Shown in pieces: positions 39,117-50,070 of a DNA stretch of 64,000 nucleotides. Where the stretch lies: NCBI GenBank assembly GCA_043228905.1, contig JBHGNT010000003.1, positions 6,820,001 to 6,884,000 of the forward strand. Reading direction: 5' to 3'. The notes under the pieces were generated by a model. The model saw only the letters and a program-made list of their open reading frames with translations. It did not search any database and had not been told where the DNA came from. The stretch is from Azolla caroliniana. Its lineage: Eukaryota > Plantae > Polypodiophyta. The stretch's first letter is position 1. The number at the start of each line of letters is the position of its first letter. The position numbers were made by a program, and so were the translations under genes.

Positions 39117-42100
39117 TTTATTAAAGAACATGATTTACAAACTAAAAGGAAACATGAAATAAACTTGTTTGATGTTCGGACTTTAAGAACATCATGCATT
39201 TTTTAATGCTTCAATCTGCACATAAACTCTTGAAGTCATATGCCTTTATCAAGTAAAAAACGTTGTTTCCAGAGCATACTAACAAATAGTTCGACCATTA
39301 TTGTTTTATTATGTTATGCTCAACAAATCTCTATGCACTGGAACTAAAAATTACTTAAAAGTTTCTCAATGTTCCCGTTTCAATCACACCTTGAGTAATC
39401 TATAACTTTTTTATTGTTTCATCTTCAACAACATCTTGAATGTTTATCAAATCAAAATTTATGCCTTTGTTGTTTTGGTTTAGAACGACATTTCCAAATA
39501 TGCATGAGAAATATATTTACATATGCTTTCAAGAGTGAGGTAAAAATTGGCACCCAAATAATGGTAAGCCAACATTACCAAGTCCTTCTAAATTAAAACT
39601 TGTAATAACTTTTTGTGAAAAAAAAACTTATAATATCCTTGACAAGGATCATTCAAAGGCAAACAAGTTCTTATGTTAGCAACATGATAATATCTCATGA
39701 ATGTTAAATAACATATATGTTAATGGAGTTAAGGTCAATTCATTCTTACATAGCAAGTATGAACATAATGGGTTTTATTAAGAGTAAATGTTTTGAACAA
39801 GCATAAACATAAACACACTGTGAAGAAAAGCGTGGAATATTGCTTGGCCATAACCGAGTCTTGAATCACAGAAATAGGAATGAAACATAGAAATGGGAAT
39901 TAGAGAGTACACCAAATATTTACATGGAAAACACTAATAGGGTAAAAAACCACGGGAGCCCACAGACTCCAAACTATCACTATATGAGAAAGGTACAATA
40001 TGAAACTCGGAGGCAACGACCTCGAGCTCTATTTCTTTGCAGAGCGGCAGTTACAACAGAGTATCACTCTGTATCTCTCTCTCCCTCTCTCTATACAGCA
40101 GTTATGCACATACAAAATATGACAACAACTACCAACACCTAAAAGTGATTGCCCTAAGTCATATATATATATATACTTATATGAACTTAGGGCTATTTAC
40201 AAATATAGCCTCAATAGGCATACTCAAAACATATTTACAAGTATGTCTTCTCTTCCGGTTCTCACCGGGTCCTCTTCATTCATAATCGGATCCCATCCGG
40301 AGGGACCGATTTCCCAACAATCTCCCCCTTCACTTTGGCATGGGATGTCTCATTAGCTCGATCCACTTTCGGCACGTGTCCAGGTTGTCGGTCGTCAACA
40401 CCTTGGTCAGCATATCCGACCCGTTCTCCTCTGTGTGGATCTTCGTCAACACGAACTCTTGATCTTCTACTCTCTCCCGGATCCAATGGTACCTCCGTTG
40501 GATATGTTTCGTCCGGGAATGGCAGGCTGCGTTCTTTGCAAAGTGGATGACACTTTGACTGTTGCAGTAGAGCCAATATTCCTCCTGTTGGATCCCTAGC
40601 TCTCCGATGAAGTCCTTCATCCAGATTATCTCCTTGTTGGCTTCTAGAACTGCCATGTACTCCGCCTCCGTGGTTGACAACACAACCATCTTCTGCAGCC
40701 TTGATTGCCATGAAACATCTCCCCCCGCATAAGGCATGACATATCCATCAAATTTCTTCACAAACACATAGTGATCGGCCTGTGTCTTGTGGTACCTGTG
40801 GTTGGTCATGAAGGAGTCAAACTTTCGGTACCATTGCCGGGGAGCTTGCTTAAGTTCGTATAGGCTCTTCTTCAACTGGCACACCAGGTGCTCCTTACCT
40901 TTCTTCTCAAATCCTTCCGGTTGATGCATGTAGATCTCTTCTTCGAGGTTGCCATGTAGGAATGCCGTCTTGACGTCTACTTGCTCTACCTCGAGGTCCA
41001 TGCTTGCCGCTATGCCCAATACCATCTGGATGGATGTCATCTTTATTATCGGGGAAAGATCTCATTGAAATCCACTCCTTTCTTCTGTTAGAACCCCTTC
41101 ACCACGATCCAGGCTTTGTATCTCGATGGGTTTCCGGCATCTCCCGGTTTCAGCTTGTACACCCACTTGTTCCGGAGTGCCCTCTTTCCTTTTGGCAACT
41201 CCGTTAGTTCATATGTGTGGTTTTCATGCAGGGAATCCATCTCATCTTGCATGGCACTCAACCACTTGTGGTTGTGGGTGTATCTCTTTGCTTCTTGGAA
41301 GCTTTTCGGCTCCCCCTCATTGGTTAACAACACATGCTCTGCATCCGGAAATCTCCGGGGGGCTCTTCTCTCTCTGAGAGAATATCTTCGTCCTTGGTTT
41401 CTGAATGCTGGCTCCTCCATTTGTTCCTCATCCTCATCCAATTCGGGATCTTGTCCGGTTCCAGTGTCTTCTTCTTCGGTCGGTTCGGTTTCTTGTCCGT
41501 ATCTGGTCGGTTCGTCGAGTGTCATCCGGTTTTCAACTAGGTAGATCCTTGTGTCCTTGAGCCAGTTTTCATTGGATGATCTGGAGTTCATCACCATCTT
41601 CTCCGACTCCCAGTCAGCAATGGTCCTGTCTTCCATGAAGACTATGTCCCGACTTCGGAACACCTTCTTATCGACCAGATCCCACACTCGGTAACCGAAC
41701 TCGTCATCACCATATCCAAGGAATATGCATGGCCTAGACTTCGGATCTAGCTTTGCTCTCTTGTCCTTTGCAACATGCACATATGCGAGACACCCGAACA
41801 CCTTCAGATGTTGGCAAGACACGTCCTTATCGGTCCATACTCTTTGCGGTGTGTCTCCGTCCAAGGGTACTGAGGGTGATCTGTTTATCATGTAGGTCGC
41901 CGTCGTTAGCGCCTCAGCCCAAAACGTCTTGGGTAACTTTGCATGTGCCAGCATGGTCTGGACTCTCTCCATCATGGTCTGGTTCATCCGTTCGGCCAAC
42001 TCGTTTTAGTTCCGATGTCTTCGGCACGGTAAATTGGAGCCAGATTCCCTTCGATCGGCAGTACTCCTCAAACTGCCCCCGGAATTCTCCTCCGTTGTTC

Positions 42101-44470
42101 GCTCGAACCGCCTTAAGCTTCCGGCCAGTTTCTCTTTCCACTCTTGCGTGGAGTTCCTTGAAGACGGATAACACTTGATCCTTCGTCTTCAGTGGTGTGA
42201 CCCACAACTTCCGGCTATGGTCACCTATGAACATCACGAAGTACTGCGCTCCGGCATGTGACTTCGTGTCCACTTGACACACATCGGTATGCACCAGCTC
42301 CAGTGGTGCATTCTGTCTCATCGGTGGTCTTGACCGGAAGGAGGTTCGGTTTTGCTTGCTGGCAAGACAATCAGTGCACTTCTCAAGTTGCACGTCCTTC
42401 ACTAGAATGAGATTGTCTTTGACAAGTCTCTTCATCCCTTTCTGGCTCATATGACACAGTCTCTTGTGGCACAGCTCACCGGTAGTATCCGGGCATTCAT
42501 CAAGTTCAGTGTGTTGACATTCCGGGCTCGAGCCACTAATAGGCTCCCTTTTCTGAACTTCATGACTCTGTTCCGGATGCTACCCGTGTAGCCTTCATCA
42601 TCTAGCCGACCGACTGATATTAGGTTCAGTCGAACCTCCGGAACGTGTCGAACATCCTTCAACAACAACTTGCATCCGGTTGATGTCGCCAACAACACAT
42701 CTCCTATGCCGACAATTCGGCATGTACCTTTATTCCCCATCCGGACACAACCATGTAGGCTGAGAAGCACCTCCGGTCCGGTGTCAGGTGGAACAATGCT
42801 CCAGAATCGACAACCCACATTGTCTCATCGTCGACAAGGTTTAACTCGTTCTCTTCGGTAATGAGCATCAGTTCTTCTTGACTTGTCGTGATTGCCAATG
42901 TTCCCTTCCAATCCGGGCCTCTCCATTCTGAACCGTTTCGGTCCAAACTCTTCTTCGAATCAGTAGTGCCAGTTTCTTTCTCTTTTCGGAAATGCCGACA
43001 GTTCTTCTGGAAGTGTCTCGGCTTCCTGCACATGGTTGTTTACATACCTGTATTTAACGTTTAAATACGTATAATACCTCATAATTTGTATAGTACGTAC
43101 TATACCTCAATGTTGTTTAGTCAAATATCATGTACATTTTTCCGATACGGTATTTAACGTACATTTGAAAAAATAGGTATAATACGTATTTATAAAAAAA
43201 ATGTAAGTAAAACCCCATCAAAAAGCAAAATTAAAAAAATAGTGAAAAAGAAGCAAAAAGAAGGAAGAAAGAAGAACAGAAGAGATAACGATGAAGAAGA
43301 AGAAGAAAAAGAGAGAAAAGAAGATTGAAACCTGTCCCGACTCTAAGTGTGATGATCACAAAAGATAGAAGAAGAAGATGATGAAGAAGAAGAAGAGAGA
43401 AAAGAAGAAAGAAACGTATAGTGAGTGTGATAATCGTAGATGATTCCTAAATCTATGAGGGCATAATCGTAAATAATTACAATTTGAAGTAGAACATCGT
43501 GATACACACACTAATTAATAGAACAAGTGAATGTCGAGATTCATATTAATAAGTATTTTAGGATGTGAAATGTTCAAATGTCTTATATGCATTTTGGGAT
43601 GTAGAACTATAATGTACATCACAAATTTGTGTAAACATAGATGCTTTTTACAATATTACATATATTTTTTAGAAAGGTAAGTAAATTTCAAATTCTAGAA
43701 GTATTTAACATACTATATGTAAAATACGTTGTCGTAGTGTATTCCACACACTACGTGAAAACCATAAAATAATATATCCGATTTTAGATAAATATAAATA
43801 AATAAATAATATATCAAAAGAATTTATCACGTGCATAGAGCATTTTAACCATGCACCTCCACGTAGATAAACCCCAACTTTACCATTGTAATAATTTATC
43901 TTTGGTGTTATAAATATAGATTTAATACGTATAAGACCTTTATTTACACATACCTTTATTAAAAGGTAAAAATCATGTATTCTTTAGAGTGTGAATATTT
44001 TATTTACACGTGACATTAAAAGTGACTCATGCACATCTAGCGTGCATGAGCCCTATATTTAGGAAATGACAAAGCATCACATGCACATTTAGTGTGCATG
44101 GGCACTTTAGGTGAAAAAGCATGAAGCCATGCTTAGCCTCTTCCATCTTTATATAAGGAGGAGAAAAATATGTATATGGTTGTTGATTAATATACGAGGA
44201 TTGATCAATCTAATATATTCGTGGGATTCACGAATTTTGCCATCTAATTACTCTTAGAATCTAAATATTGTTTTAAAATACACTAAACTCGTGGGATTCA
44301 CGAGATTACTATCTTACTTCTCTTCCTATTACTCATAACTAGCCTTAAGTTGTATTCCTCTTCCTCCTAGTCAAAAACCTCGGCGGTTCCCACCCGACTC
44401 ACGCAACGATCCGGAGCCGAAGGGCTCGACACAGTTGGTGAACCCGACGTGAAGTCCGGGTGGCAAGGAG

Positions 44471-46513
44471 ATGGAAAATCAACCGGAGGCTAGCAACATG
44501 ATGATGATGTTCGAGCGCATGCTACAAGAACAATGTGCGATGTCGGAGATAGCGGCATCAGTGGAGCGGCTCGTGCAACGAAACGGGCAATTCAACGGGA
44601 AAGACGTGTCGCGGTATCTTCGGGACTACAAGGCGGAGATGCTACGGTGCGGAATATCGGAAGGACTGCAAGTGACGTCCTTCAACCGGGTGGCGACCGA
44701 CGGGCTTCAAGCAAGCATCCATGGGCTACGACAGCAAAATCCGACATGGGAGGCGTTTGAAGTAGAGCTAAAGAGGGCGTTCGCCATCGAGGATTCCTCC
44801 AAGGCGACGCGAAGGGGATTCGAAGACTGGGTGGAGACGCCGGACAAGGGATTGAAGGTCGTTGATGTGTTTTCGGCATTCGAAAGCCAGTTCGGGAGGT
44901 TGTCCGCGAGGGATCAAGCTATCCTCGTACCGGACAAGGTGATCATGTTCTTGCGAGCCGTGGACGTCCGGGACCGGAAAGATCTCGGAGTGCTCTTGGA
45001 GGACACGACCACGGAGAGCGGCCTCACCGAAACATGGGAAAGCGTGCGGGATATCGTCGCGCGATACACGAAGAGGGGGCAATGGCTTGCCGACGAGGAA
45101 AAGAGGGTTTCGGAACCGATTCCGAAACCGAGAACCGGATTGGAAGACCATCAACTGAGGGCTCGAGAGACTACAACCGAGAAGGCGATTGATGCATCTA
45201 CGGTGGAGCAACTATTGAAGGAGATGGAGAATCTGAAGATCGCGATGGTGAAGAAGTCGGATGACCGCCCCACAAGCTCCAAGTATACGGACCGACGGTG
45301 CATATGGTGCGATAGCGCCGAACACGATCGGAGGGATTGCGACGAGCATAAGGAGGCACTACGGCGGGATCTCATCTACTACGAGGGAAACCGGATTCAT
45401 TCGATGGACTCTCAGAAGCCACTCCGACCGAACTTCCGTAAAGGCGGCATGAAGAAGGTGCTCGAGGAGGAATTGGCGGCAAGAAGCAACTATGCGACAA
45501 CCGCGGGAATATGTGTCGGGGAGTCATCGAGAGCAAAGACGTCTTTTTGGCCGGAAGTTCTAGAAAACACCGAGAAAACCGACTCCAACGAGATCCGAAG
45601 CACCGCGGAAGGCGTCCGGGAAGCTACGGGATGGGAGTGCCCTGTCGATAAGAATAGCGTATACGCCCTGTGTCAATTGCATAAGGTGTATGTGGACGAG
45701 AAACGACGACGCACGGAGGATGCGGCCGGGCCATCGAAGATACCGAAAAGTTGGAACTCCGGAGGTAAGGGAAAAGAAAAGGCGACTCCGGCATTCAAGC
45801 TCGCCTCGGACATAGAACAACAAACCGACTTGAAAAGAGTGTTCGAGGAAAGAATCTTGGATAGCCGGGTAGATTTCTCGCTTCGGGAGCTACTCGGAAT
45901 AGCAAAGAAGGAGTTCCACGATCTTCTTGTGGATCTCGTGAAACGAAAAAGACAAAGTACGGAGGAACATGCTCCAAGGGTGAATGCGAACACCGTTTTA
46001 ATGAACGACACCGAAGTGGAGGACGAAATTCCGAACTCCCACTATACAAGGCCACATTGGGCACGCGCGACTACGGAGACTCCGGTCCGAATCGGCAACA
46101 TCAAAGAACCCGTGCTAGCATTGATTGATCACGGGTCGGAGATCAACTTGATGTCCAAGGAGTTCTACCGGAAGGGGAAGTGGCCTATTAACACCAACCA
46201 TGGATGGAAGATTCGGGCGGCCACCAAAGCAACGGAAGATCTATTTGCGGCTTGTCCGGATGTGACGATGAAGATCGGGGATGTCGAGATCGACCAAAAT
46301 TTCTTCGTGCAAGATGAGGTTTCACATTCCGTCATCCTCGGCCAACCCTTTATCACGGCATCACGGATGGAGACGAAGGTGCTCGATAGCGGTGCGGCTT
46401 TTGCGCGAATTCGGAGCCAAAACGGTGGGAAATCCGTCCAATTCCTAACGGTGCCGGCAAATCACGAAAGGAACAAGAGGGAACTCTTGTCCCAAGTGAG
46501 AATGGATTTTTAA
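44471..46513 (+). CDS. Gypsy Gag-protease ORF (680 aa)
   Basis: Zinc knuckle CIWCDSAEHDRRDC and aspartic protease motif ALIDHGSEIN. It ends at G GAT TTT TAA. Confidence 0.9.
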   Translation: MENQPEASNMMMMFERMLQEQCAMSEIAASVERLVQRNGQFNGKDVSRYLRDYKAEMLRCGISEGLQVTSFNRVATDGLQASIHGLRQQNPTWEAFEVELKRAFAIEDSSKATRRGFEDWVETPDKGLKVVDVFSAFESQFGRLSARDQAILVPDKVIMFLRAVDVRDRKDLGVLLEDTTTESGLTETWESVRDIVARYTKRGQWLADEEKRVSEPIPKPRTGLEDHQLRARETTTEKAIDASTVEQLLKEMENLKIAMVKKSDDRPTSSKYTDRRCIWCDSAEHDRRDCDEHKEALRRDLIYYEGNRIHSMDSQKPLRPNFRKGGMKKVLEEELAARSNYATTAGICVGESSRAKTSFWPEVLENTEKTDSNEIRSTAEGVREATGWECPVDKNSVYALCQLHKVYVDEKRRRTEDAAGPSKIPKSWNSGGKGKEKATPAFKLASDIEQQTDLKRVFEERILDSRVDFSLRELLGIAKKEFHDLLVDLVKRKRQSTEEHAPRVNANTVLMNDTEVEDEIPNSHYTRPHWARATTETPVRIGNIKEPVLALIDHGSEINLMSKEFYRKGKWPINTNHGWKIRAATKATEDLFAACPDVTMKIGDVEIDQNFFVQDEVSHSVILGQPFITASRMETKVLDSGAAFARIRSQNGGKSVQFLTVPANHERNKRELLSQVRMDF

Positions 46514-46567
46514 AGCGGACTGTTGCGGAGTGGGGAAGTGATAGTCCGAGAAGCCCTGATACCCCAC
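46504..46567 (+). promoter_or_regulatory. Predicted -1 programmed ribosomal frameshift signal (slippery GGAUUUU plus H-type pseudoknot)
   Basis: G_GAT_TTT at the gag stop, a 5-nt spacer, stem 1 pairing 46516-46526 with 46538-46548, and loop GTGGGG (46530-46535) complementary to CCCCAC (46562-46567). Pol lies in the -1 frame. Confidence 0.7.
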
Positions 46568-49500
46568 ACAGGAAGAAAACTCTCGGAGCAAAACATGTAC
46601 GAATCGGTCCGGATGGGGCATCTACGTACACGACCGTAACCGGAGGATTGAAGAAAGGATACCGACAAGTGGAGGATAAGTTGCGGTCGGCATCAATAAT
46701 AAAAGAAGATGAATAAATCGTGGGGATAGTCGAGGAAGTGTTCTATGGGAGCACGCTACAACGACTTGAAGAGCTTGCGGAAGATAAAAGCCAAGGGAAC
46801 CGGGTAGTCCCGGTGGAATCGGTCGAGATGTACGAGATCATTGCGAAAATGGAGCCGGATACGCTCCGCAAAGAAGAAGCAATGGTAAGTACGAAATACA
46901 AGACCGTGGAGAAGAAGGTGAAACCGGCCGCGGGACCACTACCCGCCGATAGCGAACAAAAGAGGAAAGAAGTCTCGGGAGATCCGACACTTCGGAAGAC
47001 TGTGGATATCGGACATGCCTTCACGGATGAGACCCGGAAGAAACTTCGGATCGGTGGAGGTGGGTTCCTATTAAAGAAAGAAGAAGAGCGGTTTTGCGAG
47101 ATGTTGGAGCAACACGGCAAAGCGTTTGCATTTACATCAAGGGAGATAGGGTGCGTCGATCCGAGAATAGTGGAGCTGATGGTGATCTTTACGATTGACC
47201 ATGTACCGTGGAATCTGAAGCCGATTCCGGTGCCACAAGCGCATATTCCGAAAGTCATTGACTTGCTCAAGGAGAAGGTGGCGATGGGGATTCTAGAGCC
47301 ATCAACTGCTCCGTACTCAAATCGATGGTTTACGGTTCCGAAGAAGAATGGGTCACTCCGATTTATCCAAGACTTGCAACCGGTGAATAAGGTCACGATC
47401 CGGAACTCGGGAGTCGGTCCGATAGTGGACGAATTTGCGGAAGCTTTTGCCGGTCGTGCGATATACTCCATCGGAGACCTATACTCGGGGTATGACCAAT
47501 TCCAACTAGCCGTGGAGAGCCGAGACATCACAACCATGCGAACACCGATAGGATTGGTCCGAATGTGCACACTACCACAAGGAGCGACAAACTCGGTTGC
47601 TCATATGATGAACGCGATGAACAAGGTGCTTCGAGACTGCATTCCGGAGATAACGATGCCGTTCCTCGATGACATTCCGATGAAAGGATGCGCGGTAGAA
47701 GAAAAAGATGAGACTATGGATGATCGGGGATGCCGAAAGTTCGTGGTCGACCATATTCATGATTGCGAGAAAGTGTTGCGAAAGCTAGAAGATGTGCACC
47801 TAACACTTTCCGGGGAGAAATTGGCATTCGGGCAAGAAGAAATATTGGTGGTCGGACATCTATGTGGGCCCTACGGCCGAAGACCGTCACCAACAAAGAT
47901 CGATGCGATTCAAGCTATGGAGGAAGTATGCGAGTCAACATCCGAAGTCCGAAGGTTTCTCGGTGCATGTGCATTCTATCACATATGGATTCCGCACTAT
48001 GCACATATAGCGGACCCGCTCTACCACTTGTTGCGGAAAGGTAAGAAATTCGAATGGAAACCGGAACACACCAAAGCCATGAAGAAATTGAAGAAGACAC
48101 TTCGGAGGGCGGAGGCACTTAAGAAACCGAGCTATGACCGACCGATCATAGTAACGGTTGATACAAGTCCAACCGGTATCGGGTGGGTCATCAATCAAGC
48201 CGACTCGGATGGTTCGCGGTATCCGATCCGATTCGGAGCAAAGGTTCTCAACGAAAGGCAACGTGGATATGCGCAAGTCAAAAGAGAACTGTGGGGAGTC
48301 GTGTCGGCGATAAAATCGGATCGGGATTATTTGATCGGAGCCGAAGTGGTGATCGAGACGGATTGTCTTCCGATACTCGGGATGATGCGGTGTTGTACGA
48401 TACCGGATGTAGCTATGCTAAGGTGGGTTACATATGTCAAGTCGCTTAATCCGGAGGTTCGACACATCTCGGGGAAGGACAACGCGGTAGCGGATATGTT
48501 ATCAAGGGCTCGGTTCGGAGACGACATAACCGAATCGGATAATGAAGAAGTTTCCGAAGACTACTTCGCGTCGGAGCACATATGCCGAGTGAACGTAATC
48601 CGAGAATTCCGGGAAGAAGAATACGAGGGATAAAGCTTGATGATCGGAAAGATGTTACAAGAGGCCGAGGATTCAACAAACGATAAAGGAAGAAGAGCCG
48701 AGATCCGAAGGAAGAAGAGGCAAGTCCAAAAGTTCTTCTTGGAAAACGGATTAATATGGAGGGCGCCGAAAAGACCGGATGGTATACCACTTCGAGTAGT
48801 CGGGACAAAAGAGCAACGAAACCGGATAATGTCCGAGTTTCACGAATCCGATTGGGCTGGACACCGAGGAACATGGGCAACATTTGTGAAGATCAAGCAA
48901 AAATATTGGTGGAAGAAAATGTACAAAGATATCGCGGAGTTTACCGAAAGTTGCGAGAAATGTCAAGTCTACTCCAGGGTTCGACATCGAGATGAGTTAC
49001 ATCCGACGTTCTCACCGACAATCAACTTCAAGTGGATGGTCGACATAGTGGCCATGCCGACCGGGATCGGGCAAAAGAAATACTTGGTATTAGCTCGGGA
49101 AGATCTCACGAATCAAGTAGAAGGTCGAGCGCTTCAGAGGAAAACGTGTTCCGCGGTATGCCAATTTCTTTTGGAGGAAGTATTTTGCAGGTACGGGTGC
49201 GTAGGACAAGTGATTGCAGACCGGGGAGAACTCGACTCGGACAAAGCTAGGGGATTCTTCGCTAAACACGGAGTTCGGTTATCGCTGACAACGACATACA
49301 ATCCGGAGGCCAACGGGAAAATCGAACGAGGACATAGTCCGATCGTGAAAGCACTTGCGAAGGCATGCGATGGAAAGGTGAAGGACTGGCCGCAGATGCT
49401 TCCGTATGCACTATGGGTGGATCGGACGACGCATAGTTCCATAACCGGTTACATGCCGGCAGAACTCATGACCGGACAAGCACCGGTAATGCCGACGGAA

Positions 49501-50070
49501 ACTGCGATCGCAACATGGACAGTGCTACCGTGGAAGGAAGAGATGAGCCGGGAAGAACTACTAGCGGTCCGGATACGACAACTAGAGGGAAGACCAGCAG
49601 ACATAGCGGAAGCAATACGCCGACAACAAGAAGCACGATTAAGGAACAAAAGCCGGTTCGACACAAAGCACCGACTACGACCGAGGAGGATTGAAGAAGG
49701 AGTTTGGACCATCAACATACAACGATGCGGAAATTCGCGAAAAGGTGGTTCGGGCCATACGAGGTTCGGAAAGTCTTCGACAACGGAACGTAATGACTGT
49801 CCGAGTTGGATGGAACAATACTACGAGTGCCTTTAGCCGGGAAGCGGGTGAAGATTTTCAAGAAGCGGACCGACGACAAACCCTATGTGATCCAAGCCAA
49901 GGCCGACAACGAGGAGCAATCGGACGAAGACCACGGTGATGCGGGAAGCGAAGAAAGTGAATTACAACTCATAGTCGACATAAGGGGAGAATCGGAGGAA
50001 GCTTTGGGTGAAGACGGATATGGGGGATCGAGAACTTCGGCACATACCGGAGGATGTGCGGGTTCGGAGG
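46504..50070 (+). pseudogene. Gypsy Pol (RT with FLDD, RNase H, H2C2 integrase, GPY motif), disrupted
   Basis: ORFs 46720-48633 and 48637-49836 are in one frame, with in-frame TAA codons at 46714 and 48631. A deletion/frameshift near 49700 precedes ...KRWFGPYEV. No chromodomain. Confidence 0.9.

Noticed and set aside
38711-39124. 137-aa ORF with a perfect 49-aa repeat
   Set aside because: It is a by-product of a 147-bp DNA duplication plus a (TACA)n tract, starts at GTG and has no recognisable domain.
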